Assembly: GCF_006345805.1 (NCBI RefSeq)
Contig: NC_043015.1
Location: 3,968,001-4,032,000, forward strand
DNA from: Octopus sinensis
Lineage: Eukaryota
DNA: 64,000 bases
Reading direction: 5' to 3'
Of this stretch, positions 40,652 through 55,797 are shown piece after piece; the stretch's first letter is position 1; every line of letters begins with the position of its first letter. The position numbers and the translations under genes are program-made. Below the pieces are notes generated by a model. It was not told the DNA's origin. It made no database searches and saw only the letters and a program-made list of their open reading frames with translations.

Positions 40652-43312
40652 ATATATAATATATATATATATATGTAAATATATATAAACAGTAAATATA
40701 TATAAACACATACTCACACATTCATTTGTATTATCATATATTATGCATACCAACATTCATGTGTGTTTATGTATGTGTGTATGTGTGCGAGAGCACCAGT
40801 TAATCTTAGTATACGTGTTGCGAACAGGTGCAAATGCACAACACCCAAACACACAACACCCACATTTGCAATACTATTGCTGAAGCAATGCAATATGGTA
40901 TGAGTGTTAGATGTGACATATCTGTTTTACATGAGAGATGTAGCATGTTCTTTATTAGAGTACTATGTTTGTCAAAAGAATTGCTTAATTTATATTAGGA
41001 AATACATTAGAAAATTTTTACTGAAACCTCGCCAAATTTACCTTCTATCTCAAAGAAAATAAAGAAAATCATTCTACCAGAGAAATGAGATACAAATTGG
41101 TTTCATCGTATTTGTTATAAAGATTATGAAACGATGTGCTAAACTTTCATATAAGAACTTACATTCAAATTTTAATAATTTGTTATTAACAACATAATCT
41201 GTACACACTAATAGTTTATCAGTCAACAAATAGTATCTAAGATCATGAATATTGATGTGCTTTGGTATTAATATGAATTCGACACAAGGAATATGCCCCT
41301 TCTTTAGTTTTCCCTGTTTCATCTACTCTACGTTTCCTAAAGATGATAATTTTTTCTCCATTGTCTAATATTTTAGCGTCGCACAAAATGACGTGCGGTA
41401 ATCTCTAATATTACGTCGATAAAGCAAAATAATTTTCAGGTACAGAGATCGATGTGTATCAAATAAAATTTGAAACAGGAAACCAATAACAGTAAAGGAC
41501 ATGTACAAAATGTATTCACTATTTCACTGTAGAAATCAGATACTTCCACCAAAATTTTCATTATCCTTAAATGCTGTAAGCAGTTGTATATTAAGGTACT
41601 TCATGTCTGTAACTAGTGTCTTGTGATGCGTGGTTTATTCTGTCAACGAGTATTGCAAAATTACCAATTGTGTTACTTTTGAGCGTATATATTCATCACC
41701 ATTCTTGGAAAATACGCATGAAATTTAATTTTACATTTGAAATGTTTAAAAGTAAAATTTAAATGAAATAATGTTAAGTAAATCGCTGCCATCGCCTTCA
41801 TCTTAATAATAATCCTCGTCGTTGCCATCTACTCATTTTTGTTTTTTGTCAAAAATATTATCGTACTAGTGGTAATTTTAGCTGCTGCTGTTATTATCAC
41901 TTCTATACCGCAAGGTTGTTGAATATTAGGATATAGCTGATAAATCTGACGTAGATCATGAGAAGAAAGTTCGTTATAATCATCCAACAGTTGTAATGTT
42001 TTTTCATATACCCTGATAATCATCGTTATCTTTATCGTTATCAAGGGCAGCAGCTACATCCTGCTTGTGACAATTGAATATCAAACGGTACAGATTGTGT
42101 GTATGCTGATAATGGTGGTAGGAGTGGTTGTGGTGTGGCGATGATGGCAATCATGAGAACAATGATAAATACGATGGTATTTTTAATCATCATGACGACG
42201 ACGACGACGACGATAACGATGATGAAGATGAAGGTCATCATCGTCGTCGTCATTTTCGTCATCATATAATCGTGAGGATCTCCACGACGACGATAGCGAC
42301 GAAGAGGATAATTATGAATATGCAATTGAAGACGATGCTATTGTGCACCTACTTTAGGTGTTGTTAACTGAAGCCTCGAATATGATAATGAAGAAACTAT
42401 AAGATGCAGATATCGATTGTAAAGTTACAAATCCATTTCACGTCAGCTATAGAATTTATGCTTAGCCCAAGCTATTAATTATGATTCCCAGAGTGAACGA
42501 TTTTTGTCAAAATTATATCCTTCTTAACTTTAGCTTTAAAGAGAACTTTTTCGATTTTCTTTTTTAAGACTAAAATGAAATTTGAAAAATAAAGAATGCT
42601 ATAGGGTGTCTGGTTCTTTATGCAAAATGTTCAATCGGCTGTGGCATATTTTCCCTTTTCTTTGATTTTAACGAGAACAAGTCTCTGATTTTCATGTTCC
42701 TTAAATTATGAAATTTAAACTAATGAAGGATTGCGTTACGCTTCGTTGAAAGTTAAGAATCATGTAACAAAAGGCGAAGTAAGAGCGACTCATTTGTTCT
42801 ACATTATATTTCTGCCACATTTTAACGAATACACTAACCGTATAAGAAAATTAAAATATCAGATCGAATTTCTTAAATGGAATAAATTATTTACGTATTT
42901 ATGTCATATTACATATTAAAAATTGAAGACTAAAAAGTATTTAATAACCACAGAATATCGTATTTAATCCTTTCTTTCTCAATTTGCTCCACCAAATATA
43001 TTACCCTATATCTTTCCTTATAACCTAATTAGTGGAATACGGCTGTAATCTTCTTCAATGCCTAATTCAACAGACAATACGCTTTTACTTTTCATTTTAT
43101 CCAGTCCAACTCTTGTTTAATAACTGAGTTCGAAGTCACACTGTTTAAGTCCCTTGTTTGCTTACGAGATAAATGCATTCTTCTACATTTACTTCTCGGG
43201 CTCTCATCATAATCGACGTCGTCGTCGTCGTGATCATCATCATCATCATCATCATCATCAACGTCGTCATCATCAGCATCATCAATATCATCATCATCAT
43301 CATCATCATCAC

Positions 43313-44830
43313 CATGTATTTTTTCTGTCAATTTCGTTTCCATATCTTGCTGATTGTCTAACCGGTTCCCACGGCAAACAAACAGGCCATGAAACTAAAC
43401 ACACCAGATCCCGGCATTGTTTATTTTCAAAACAAAATGATGTTGTGCGAAAGAAAAATATTAAAAAATGCGTGGATAGTTACCTTTCTCAGTTCAACAA
43501 TGCTCATCTCAATGTATGTGACATACCAGTTTCATGCAATTTATATCATGCAAGAATGGTAAGCAGGGATCATTCTCAAATCATTTTCATTCCCTTCTTT
43601 AATGATTTCTTGTGCTTCTACTATCACTGGTATTCTAACCACCTTGAGGTACTGCATTTTTATCAATTTCCATGTGCAAATATTTATATTTTCAGCGCCT
43701 GTTATATTTATTTTCCCGAGATATTATGATCACAAGAAATTCTCATGTCAATCAATAAGGAAACTTCATTTTCTTGGTCTTTCACAACAATATCCGCTTT
43801 ATTAGCTTTGATGTTTCTGTCTGTATGCACTGGAATGTCCAAAAGAATCGCCATATTTTCTCCTGCAGTTACTGACTGTGGATAATGATTATACTAGTAG
43901 TCGGCAATTTTGATTTTGTAATGCCAACTTATTAAGAAGCGTAGTTATTATCCAGCCGCATCTTATGATTTTGTATCCCGAGACAAGATGGTCCATTCTT
44001 TCGACAAATGTCTCGCATTTTCAGTCAGAACCGTTGTGAAGAATCTAAGCCTGATATTTTTTTTTTTTATGAGCAGGCTTTTGATCGTGTGCTGCCAATA
44101 TGAAACCACTAGTCTCAGCATTCGGCCCTGAACTGCTCAGCCATTGATGCGTTGCGGCTTAATCTACAATAGAATTTCGACTTCAAAGTATTTACTGTCA
44201 ATGCAGCGGTTTCTGGCTCCACCGCTTCTTAATTTGTTTCTGCCTGTCCTTTTTTTTTGCTGTCTGCTTCATCTACTTTCATTATTTTCTGGCAGTGGTT
44301 TCAGGCTCTTCAATTATTTCAGGATTAATGCGAAGATCTCTTGCGAATTTGCAAGCTCTATTGACAATAGCATGTCGTTTTCTGCTGCTTCCTTGTTTGC
44401 ACAGAAGTCGTATTGTCCAGTCCCCTGTACTGGATAAGTACCTGCCCCTTGCTAGTGTAGAGGACTTATAGCAAAATTTTACCTGCATCATTTCGCTTTC
44501 CCTTTACTACTCCGTAGGTACATACGAACATGATCTGCATGTTCTTAGAAGTTAGTATGTTTTCTCTTCCTGTACAGGCGTTGCAGATTTGTAGTATTCA
44601 AGTTAATGATGTTAAAACTATATTAGACGACGGAGGTGCCAGGCTGTTAATGATTTCGATGCGATTTTTAGAGCAGTGTTCAAGTGTTAATATCAGTCTT
44701 ATTCTCCTGTAATATTCCTTTCTTATCTGTTCATTTACTCAAGGTTCTTCTACGACCAACGAACGGGACTTGCGTTGTATCACATTAACGAAATAACCAA
44801 GGTGTTCATTGTCTTGATATCTTTCTTTCC
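43313..44830 (-). mobile_element. Decayed non-LTR retrotransposon with restriction-like endonuclease (R4/Dong-like), 3' part
   Basis: KEYYRRIRLIL, HQWLSSSGPNAETSGFILAAHDQ, DIPVHTDRNIKANKADIVVKD..LLIDM, KYKYLHMEIDKM, IPVIV. Many stops and frameshifts; followed by (GAT)n. Confidence 0.75.
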
Positions 44831-46559
44831 ATTCAGTCCATCTTTTCAAATCGTATTGCATATTATATGTTGTTTTTGTTCGTGTTGTGAATATGTGCGT
44901 TAATTCCTCCTACTTTTATGCCATCTAGAGCAGTTATATAGGCAATGACCCAGCTATTTCTTCCACTATAATACTGAATATTCTTAATTTCATTCATACA
45001 CGTCCTACTTTCAGATGGTAATGCATATTCTAAGACATTAGTTTTCTTAATCTCAACGATTATACCAGGTGTGCTTAGTTCAACCGTATGTTAAGTTTAA
45101 TGGCGAAATGTGTCAACGAACGATAATGATTCAAAGGCCCAGATTCTAGCGCGCTTCCTTACCATAAATACACGAAATGGATAATATTCGAAAGTGATAT
45201 TACTGATACTGCCATGCTTACATATATATGCATTTTGTACAAGATGAGTGGATTTCGCAATACCTTTAGTTTTGCATTTATGAAATTCATTATCGGAGAT
45301 AGAATCAATGAAACTGTTTCACACTTTTGGTCCCATGTGTCCTCTATAGCTAGTATACTTTATTTATAACATCCTCGCTATGTTTTATGATTAAAGCCAA
45401 TAATTCCAACGTTTCTAATCATCTGCACTGTCGTTCATCTTTCATTTGAAGAACGACAAAAATGTCTTACTGTCAGTACTCTGTACAGCATTTTCTATTG
45501 AATATTGATAGTGTCCACTGTGTTGAAAAAAATAGCGTTTGACTGGTTTCTTAATTGGTAATTAAAATGTATGGAAGCATGTGCGCTTTGTGGATCGTGA
45601 GTTACCTTCTAGTACTTCAATATCATTTCCATTCAATTTACAAAATGTCTTATGTATATTATTCGTGTGTTAACCCGCATATGGCTTACGATGATTATAT
45701 TCCTTCAATTTGTATTTAAATTCCAACACATTTTTAAGCTTCTTATAGTACACTTTGGAACAGTTCTTTCCTAATTCTCTTCCCGTTAATTTAGTATTCT
45801 GCTGGAAACCCAGGTGCATATACTGGCTATTATATTTCAACGATCTACTTATATCATCTTATGGTATTTTTATGTTCTCAGATTTATGCTTGGCACATCT
45901 CGTTAGGATTTAAACAGCACGACTATTTATTCCAAAGTGCATGCATATATCCTTGTTAAATATTCTTGTTGTGCATGAAATAAATCTGAGCTCAACTTAA
46001 ATATAGTACGAAATGTTGAACAGGTCTTTCTCAAAAGATATAAAACATATAACAGCAGAACATACATACCAAATATATTCCTAAGAATCAAAATGTAGGA
46101 CACCTGTAGCTTATCAAAACGCACACTATACAGTCAGGATATAACATACCAAAAAATAGGAAGTATATTTCCTGAAACTCATGTAGGTTAAAATGATACT
46201 TTTTTAAAGTACCTATAGTGATCGAAGCAGCAATATCATAAGTTGGAGAGATCGAAATAGGCTATAACTGAATTACAGTCTATCTACAATTCACATTGAA
46301 AAGCTTATTTTAAAAAACAGATATATGTATCTGAATGGCATTTGAGTAATTCTTTAAAACAGCAGCTTGAATATATTTCATTTTGATTGGAAGACTACGA
46401 CTCTTCTACTCTCTATAAAGCATCCGTCACATTTTGACTGGAAATTCACGTGCGTGAATCCAGGGTCTTTCAGATTGAGTTCGAATGGTTATCATGACCA
46501 AATATGCAGTAATATCGGTTTTGATAGTAAACTCCGCATAAGTGTGCGCTTGCGTGTAT

Positions 46560-46757
46560 GTATGTGAGTGTGTTTGTGTGTGTGTTCATCCACTAACAAC
46601 GCTTGACATCCGGTGTTGGTGTGTTTACGACACCGTTAGTTAGTTAGGTCGGCGAAAGAAATTGATAGAATAAATACCAGGCGTTAACAGAAAATCGGTA
46701 CGGGTGTTTATTTGCTCAACTAAATGCGGTGCCAAAGCATGGCCTCAGTCTAATGTC
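46560..46757 (+). mobile_element. Old 3' half of SINE family B
   Basis: GCTTGACATCCGGTGTTGGTGTGTTTACG..GATAGAATAAATACCAGG..GCGGTGCCAAAGCATGGCC resembles the family B body and tail. Confidence 0.6.
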
Positions 46758-47458
46758 TTTAAGAAGGGAAAAATAAAAGTTAAAAGATAAAAGACAAAAT
46801 ATATTGCATCACATGCCCGCAATGCTCGCGATGCTATGAGAATTACATTGGAGAAACTGGGACACAACAGACCAGTCGAGTGTACGTGCATAAGCAACAA
46901 CTCAAACATTGATTTCATAGAAATGTTCCATTTAGTAAGCATCTAGATATTTGTGCAAATGGAAAATTGAAAATATTTCCCTTTTACGGAAATACAAGAT
47001 AAAAGCGATTGAGTCCAAACTCAAAAGAAGTATACTTTATAAGAAGTCAACACGTTATACTCAACATTTAAAACAGAGATTCCCTAAAACTTTAAAATAT
47101 CTCTCTTTCACAAATTCTCAGATTAAAACGATCAACTACGATAGAAAAGAGGAGAAATATATATATATATGTAAATTCTAAATCTGAAAAGAAACCTGAA
47201 ATAATTAACAACATTACAAAAACAAATATTTTTGTGTATTAGGCCGGGACACTCGTGTGAAGAAAGCATGAAAACGAAAGCGCTTACACACAAATAAAGC
47301 GCTTACAGAAAGATAAATTCTGTATACGAACTTTTCCCACAATGTCTAGTGATACCGTTAAATGAATAATTTCATTTTTTGTTTTTCTTAAATAATAACT
47401 TATAAAACATCTTTCTCAAAACAATGTAATTGTACGAAGCAATTTTATATAAGCATTT

Positions 47459-47896
47459 GGATCTTTTCGATTTGAACGGCAGCTTTTTGTAGCGGTGTCA
47501 TATGAAATTGTCGCCCATAATTATGACCCTAGTATCGATTTATTGCATTGCGATCTGTTTTACGGTTAGGGTTAGAGTTAGGGGTAGTTAGGGTTAGGGG
47601 TGGGGGAAGGGTTTTTGTGTTTCCTCAGAAATATAAATAAACCCAATCCATTTCTTAAACGAGGGACATATTCATACGGCACAGAATGTTTTCACATCAA
47701 TAGACTTCATTGACTGGTTGAAATTGTAGAAATTGAAGTAAAGAAGCAACAAATATCTTACAAACTACAGACTTTTCTCAATAAAGCCAAGAGAAAAAAA
47801 TCATTTATAAGCACATTCTACCAGTATACGAAGTTTAAAATTGTATAGTTATGTTTTAAATTATTTAAAAAACCTCCGGTCAAACCGAATAGATCC
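47459..47896. mobile_element. MITE with GG-terminated TIRs, 8-bp TSD and internal TTAGGG-like tract (Merlin-like)
   Basis: TIRs GGATCTTTTCGATTTGAACGG / GGATCTATTCGGTTTGACCGG (18/21); flanks AAGCATTT and AAGCCTTT (7/8). Confidence 0.75.
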
Positions 47897-50143
47897 AAGC
47901 CTTTAAATATTATAACAATTAATAGATTGAATGAATACCTGCATGGCATTGATGAATGAAAATAAGCTACGAATATAAGCTCAAGTGAAATAATTTTAGA
48001 GGGTATTTTGAATAATCTATTAATATAATAATCAAGTGTGATACAATTACGTCAGCATTTCGAGAACTGGAATAACAAATCTCTATTTACACAAGAAATG
48101 TAAAGAATTATTGGTGTTAAAAAACACAACAAATGCAGAAAATCGGACTACAACTGGAATACAAGCACAACAAGATATTATGATACACAGGATATTTTAA
48201 AGGAATGGGAGAGAATAAATTTCGAGAATGAAACATTCAAAATGAGGAACCAGAGGGAAATCATATAGAATTATCTAGTAAATCCAAGGTTACAAGCAAA
48301 TTGGAAGGCAATCAGAAAATAACGTGCGATAGATAAACGGGAACCGGTAATATTTTCCATGTAAATTCTGTCTCGGAATAAAATGAGGAAACGAAAATGC
48401 AAATAAATCTCGTATATCAAAACTTCGAAGCAGAGATTAAAATTTCCAAACTTTGCATAATTCTTCTCAAAGACAAGTTTCGTCTATACATAAATATATT
48501 TCATATATTTCATGTCTGCAGTGTGACTGTACTCAAGTATATGTTATCGTAAATGTTCCATTTCCATTGTGTTGGGTTATTAATAATTTCTCTTTCGGCA
48601 ACAGGTTATTTGTGTTAAGTACACTACGCTGTTAAACCTTCATATAATTGCTGTTCCCTCTCCTTCCTACTATTTTTTTCTCTGTCAACGTCTTTATCAT
48701 TGGCAATCTATTGAAAAAGATGGTTTAATGTGACATTGTCCTTTGTCTCATGACGCATGACCCATGACTGATATGATGTCTCGCTATACCTTGGAATTTC
48801 TTCATTTACTTCGTTGATGCTGAGATGGTCATTGAGGTTCTTTTTTGGCTCCGAAGCAAACTGCAATCTTTTAATTCACCTGAAGAATATGGGCTTTTCA
48901 CGATGTACTTTAATTTTTCGCTAATATATATAATGTAAATGTTGCACACATCTTGTTCAGCACGTGTAAGATCTTATATTATAACATAATGTAGGAACAA
49001 TAGCGTTCTATAATACGTATTGAATATACCATAGGTCATGTTAATCTATCACTGCAAACATCTTATATTTCTCCGCTTTTATGGTGAAAGTAAATTATTT
49101 GATTTTCTATTCTTATTTAAGTAATATTTTACCCTCTCTCTCGTTCTCTCTCTCTTTAGGTTATGTCAAATTATGTCGAAGGTCAGACAGTCGAAAAAGA
49201 AAGAAAGAAAATGATTCTTTTTTCTGGATAAAGTAACTAACTTGAGATAGGTATTGAAAATAGCAAAGTACATCTTTTAATGCTCTTTGTAAGAAAATGT
49301 TTGTGATGTTTGAATTCATTTCTTTCTTTTCCATCTCTTTTATATCAAAAGAAAATATGTTATTTCTTTTCTATCATAAAGGATTGTTACATTATGGTAT
49401 TTCATTCGTTCCAATATATTTAAGGCTGTATTATTTTCATATAAGTCTTGGGTGTTCCACTGAAAGCTTCTTTGGGTATATATCCAGTATTGACTGGTGC
49501 ATCTAAATATATTAAATATGTTTTAAAAGCCAAAAAATTCAAGTTAGAGAAACTAGATAATGCAAGTCGATGGACGTACGTATACCAGATATTTCAAAAT
49601 TTCAGGTTTAGTATACCATCAGTAGGTAACTTTTTCAAAAAATATTTGGAAATCACCCAGAAAAAAACGTTTCTCTGTAACTTTGCAAATAAGGCTGCCT
49701 TACTTTGAAATACTGAAATAGTATGTCGCAGTGTATTCTAGTTTAATACACACGCCGGTAAAATGTCCACACATATACATCTTTATTTTTCTAAAATTTT
49801 CCTTGCGTCTTGCGACCTTTTCAATAGTTGTTGACTCCGTCCATTATCCGAGCTGCGTTTTTTGTTTGTCTGTGCGCATGTGTGTATGTGGGTGAGTGTG
49901 TGTACCTGCACATGTATCTATGTATGCATGAATACATGTGGATGTATGCATGTACGTGTGTGTGCATATGTACATATGTATGTTTCTACGTTTGTATGTA
50001 GGTATTCTGCATATTCATGTGTTTGTGTGTTCTTGTTTGTATGCCTGAGTGTGTCGGTATGTGTATGTGAATTTGTCTGCTCATATCACTTGCGTATCTA
50101 TCCGTCTGCATTTTTACCTTTTTACTTTCATATGCATTTAGCT

Positions 50144-50312
<169 letters not shown>

Positions 50313-50584
50313 CCAAAAACATGCATCTACGTAACAGCCCTCTAACCATTCTACATGTATACAAGGATACATATGGAGACACACAGATACACACATACAA
50401 ACATATGGATATACACGTCCATACATAGACAAAGCACGTAGCCACAACTCCAATAACACGCACAGACACACCCATACATGCACACATGCAAACACATGAA
50501 TATGCGGAACACGTACATTCAAACGTACACACATACGTATATACATACACACAGACATACATGCATGCAGACACTTACATGCAT

Positions 50585-50657
<73 letters not shown>

Positions 50658-51377
50658 GTATAAATGCGCGCACACACACACACACACCTAGACTCATGCG
50701 CACAAACACACAAACAAATAGAACGCAGTTTAGATAATGGACGGAGTCAACAACTACAGAAAAGGTTACAAGACTCAACGGAATTCTACATATATAAATA
50801 AATGTGTAAAATGCGTGTGTTAAATTATGAGGCACTAAAAGAGACTGACTCTTCCCAGACACAACAGTATATCTATATATATATATAACTCAACTTGTGT
50901 GTCTGTGTGTGTATCTGTGTGTGTGTCTGTGTGTCTAAACTACCGGCACATCTCCTCCTAGCCAACACATCGTAGAACCACCAAAAATGTGTCACTTAAA
51001 GTTCAGGCGCATGAAAATTGAACTGCGCTATTTCTGTTCCGAAATTCATCTCGCAAGCGTAAAAGTCGATAATATGTTTGTTTAGGCCTTATCCCATGCA
51101 TAGATTATAGATTAAAGTTTGAGCTTTGAAAGAGGTAACTCTTGAAAAACTATCAATGTTAGAGAATAGCCTCCCCTGGAAGAAATAGTGACTGAGTGAT
51201 AGAATGCGAGGGGTGTGAGAGTGGTGTGACGGGATACGGGAAAGCAAGATATAAAATGCTCAGTGAAAGGGAAAAAACAACGAGAAACCATGGAGAATAT
51301 ATGTATAATAACAAAATAATAAACAAAACATGAATATATACATACATATATGTACGTACCTACATCTATATGTATAT

Positions 51378-51642
51378 ATCACCGTGATCACCGTGACCGA
51401 CCAGGCCATCAGATGTTGCTACACATCGCTGCTCACAATGCGCTTCCCATTGTTTAGCCTCCAAATAACGCCACTATGCTGGCTAAGGAAGCAGGCCAAA
51501 AGAAGAAAGAGTGAGAGAAAGTCGTGGCGAAAGAGTACAGAAGTTATCGCCACCAGCCCCTGCCGGAGCCTCGTGGGGCTTTAGGTGTTTTCGCTCAATA
51601 AATACACACAGCGCCCTAACCACTGGACCATTATGTCTCCAC
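51378..51642 (-). mobile_element. SINE family C, tail type 2, with deletion in the head
   Basis: Aligns with 25088-25392. Confidence 0.85.
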
Positions 51643-52086
51643 ATATGTTTATATACATGCATATATGGGTACAGGACATCAGAAAAAACGTCGAACACAA
51701 TGAAACACCAAAACATAAAAACAAAAACAAGGAAAAATAAATCTGTTTAAACAACGAAAAAACAGAGTAGAAGACATACAACAAAATGAAAATTCCCCTT
51801 TTTCAGCCACCTCTGTTTCTTCTACTCTGTGTTTCGAAGGAAAGACAAGACACGACTTCATGGAAACAATCCTTCCCGCAAAGCAAATTGAATAAAATTT
51901 GATATATATATATATAATTAACAGCTGAAGTAAAGGTGTTAGATAACATTCATAATGTTTCCATGAGGGAGAGCATGTTTTACAAACATATTCATAACTA
52001 CCCATACATAAAGTATTGTATGTATATATGCATGTATCTATCTACCTATCTATTTATATATCCATCTTTACATAAGTACATATTAC

Positions 52087-52133
<47 letters not shown>

Positions 52134-52136
52134 TAA

Positions 52137-52195
<59 letters not shown>

Positions 52196-52200
52196 TATAT

Positions 52201-52249
<49 letters not shown>

Positions 52250-52837
52250 AAATGTCATGTACAAACAGAAAATGACATTTTATATCCCACAATTATACGA
52301 TGTTTTAATATACTACGGAAATACATGCATACCTAGTTATACATATGGTATGGGTTATAAGATTTAACGTCAAGAAATAATATCACTTAGATTCCTTCAT
52401 AACCTTTGTTGAAATTTGATTTATATTTTCTGACATGAAACCATGTTTTCTCTATAAAACTGCAAACATTTCTGCTTTATAGTCTCAAACTTAATTAATA
52501 TGTAATATATTGTTCAGCTTTCAACTGTTTTGAGAGCCACGTTCTCTTCGGTTTTAATATTTAATTTGATAGCTAGTACATTCTGCCTTTATTCAATTGG
52601 AAGATGGAAAAATACAAGTACAGCTTATCAAAATGTTGGTAGATATGTCATTGATTAGTAGCATTTTTCTTTAAGAAACATTATTCGTATCAAACCTTTT
52701 CGCTTTGTCTCCTGATAATGAATTTTTACATCTTCAATTACGTCTTCTAAAATTTTGCAGTCATTTTCAAAATATTGTAATCAAGAAGAGCAATTACTAA
52801 ATTCGCAAATTTACATATACTATTGTAATATCCTTTC

Positions 52838-53035
52838 TACATAGGGACACGGCCTGAAATATGAAATGTACGGGACTAGTAGATTACATTATCCTAATAT
52901 TTAAATAGTACTTACTTCATAAATCCCACGCCCTCGGAAGCGTGAATGGCAAAAGTAACTTCAGTGGAAATGGATCTTAATATGAAACGTCACTAAACAT
53001 CTTATCCGCCTTGTTAACGGTTTCGTACGCTCGCT
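52838..53035 (-). mobile_element. Highly degraded SINE family A-related copy
   Basis: Only patchy similarity to the head and body. Confidence 0.4.
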
Positions 53036-53601
53036 GGTTTAAACTTCATCGTAATATGAGTGCAAGCTTTTGTGTTTTGTAAACCATTGAAATAATATTT
53101 ATCAATGAGAGTTATAAACATTTAAAGAGTGAGAAACTTTTTTCAATACTTACACTTTCATAATACATAAATAATGTGAGTAGCAAAATGATGCAGACAT
53201 ATCCATCTCTCATTCGTCGTAATAAAATACGGAAATTAAAATAGAAAGCTTTGTAAATGGCATTTAGTAAACACTGGACGTAATATTTCTAATCGAAAAT
53301 ATTCCAAGGGTGTAAGCGGAAGGTGGGGCATATAAATTCATCATGATTAATATTATTCTACTTTATATATAATGATCTTGCTGTTGCAGGTGTTATTTTG
53401 CAGATGGTAAATGGAACATAAGGATTGCTATGTTTACTCTACACATAAATACATCATATATTAAAACGTATACCATATAATGAAAATTTATCTGGGATAA
53501 ATTCAACTGGGATATGGTGTCATATTTTATTTCTTAAGAGTCCAGGAAATATGTATTTCCGTGCGTAGGTTTGTATGTATGTACATCTTTATCTATCTGT
53601 C

Positions 53602-53634
<33 letters not shown>

Positions 53635-54505
53635 GAAGAAAAAGTGACAACAAAAGAAACAGACCTCGATATTAGGTAAATTAAGAATTATTTATATATG
53701 TATAATCTAGGACAATCAGTAAGTTCTCATTATAGTACTCAGTTTCTATAGCTACGATGCATATTCGTCGGCTATTACTGGCAACAGACGTTATGAAAAA
53801 CTGTTGCGTCCATTTTTTAACTGTTTCTTTGTTTCCCTTTATTGAATGGTTTTTCATACCGTCTATTGTCTTTAATATGTGACAAGAATACATCGCAGCC
53901 CTTCCCTCGGACATTCGAAACTCCGAGTACTATAATGACAACTTACTTGTCGAAGGTAAAGACAATACGCGACTTCGTCGAAACAATCCTTCCCGGAAAG
54001 GAAATTAAATTAAATTTGAAATGTTTTGCGGAGAGTGTTAGTGGTAACAAGAACAGAAGAGCGAGAGCAAAACAGTAAAATCAAATAGTGAGGGCTGTTA
54101 CGGCAAGACGATAGATAAATTATTCAGAACGCTAGGAAGATGTACTTATGAGAGGAGACATGTATAAGCACGTGTTACCACCATATTAATCTGTTTGATA
54201 TTTAATTCATGTTTTATCATATCGAAATGCAACAGAGACTATAAAATAGAACAAGAAATTCTTTTTTCACGACTGAATGTATTGACTCTTTCATATAAAC
54301 ATAAATATACTGTAAACTAATTGTTCCACATTTCTATTGATCACGTAACAAGAATATAAAGCATTTAACATACTAGATATAATATACGATATTACTCTAA
54401 TTAAACTTATAACTATATTTCCAAGCAATTTGTAGAAAGCTTTATATTTCATCAAAGCTAAGTTTGTGCTATAAAATATAGGAATAAATATCATTCTCAT
54501 ATATT

Positions 54506-54539
<34 letters not shown>

Positions 54540-54931
54540 AATGTAGTTATTAGGATCTCAGGCAAACAAAACTTTTTTAATCACTTATAATATATGCAAA
54601 TATGTGATAATTTATTCTGCCCTAGTTATATTGTGCTTATTGCTGCCATTTACTGGTGCAGCTGCATGAATTTCATCGAATGATCCAAAGAGAAATTGCA
54701 TCAAAATCTCCCGCAAACCAGACCATGCTACTGAAAAACGAAATACAGGTAATATATACACACAATATGCATGTAATGAATTCAAGTTATAAACCTAAGT
54801 TCGTACTTATTTTCAGCCCAAAATGTTACACGAATATAGATGTAATAGGAAAGAATTTCATTGTGTCAGAGTCAAGATACGACAGATGTAACTACTGACA
54901 ACACTTATAACTTCCTCTCCAGTAACATTAC

Positions 54932-55099
54932 TGTTTTACTTGTTTCAGTCATTTCACTGCGGCCATGCTGGAGCACCGCCTTTTAGTCGAGCAAATCGAC
55001 CCCGGGACTTATTCTTTGTAAGCCCAGTACTTATTCTATCAATAAACACAACAGCATCTGTTGTCAAGCACTGCTAGGGAGACAAACACAGACACACAA

Positions 55100-55171
<72 letters not shown>

Positions 55172-55316
55172 TACGACAGGCTTCTTTAAGTTTCCGTCTA
55201 CCAAATCCACTCACGAGGCATTGGTCGGCCCGGGGCTATAGCAGAATACACTTCCCCAATATTCCACGCAGTGGGACTGAACCCGAAACCATGTGGTTGG
55301 TTAGCAAGCTACTTAC
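54932..55316 (-). mobile_element. SINE family B with an internal deletion
   Basis: Reverse complement aligns with family B; the segment around GTCCCCGTCACTTAGCGGTTCGGC is missing. Confidence 0.9.
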
Positions 55317-55605
55317 CACACAGCCACTCCTGTGTCAGTAATAAAGTTTTTATTTTGCCATATTTTAACCGTTTCCACAATTGAATGTAATTATCTACAG
55401 GAAAGCTTTATGATGGATATCGTAGAAAGTTCCTAGTGTTTTCGGTATAAATCATTCCGGAAGCAAACTATTTTGAGACGGAATTCTAGTTTATACGGAA
55501 TGAAATCCAAGTGTAATTTTCTGAGCAGGTCCGATTGAAAGAAATCCTGTTCATTATATATGTTCTTCTAATTTGGAAGCAATTTCAGAAATTTCAGGGA
55601 ATATA

Positions 55606-55759
55606 GTGGCTGTGTGGTAAGTAGCTTGCTAACCAACCACATGGTTCTGGGTTCAATCCCACTGCGTGGCATCTTGGGCAAGTGTCTTCTGCTATAGCCC
55701 CGGGCCGACCAATGCCTTGTGAGTGGATTTGGTAGACGGAAACTGAAAGAAGCCTGTCG

Positions 55760-55797
<38 letters not shown>

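Noticed and set aside
48050-48350. Protein-like plus-strand reading with stops (..DTQDILKEWERINFENE..) and a GGTTACAAGC twister-like motif
   Set aside because: No family could be recognised, and the twister P4 and P1 pairings are absent.
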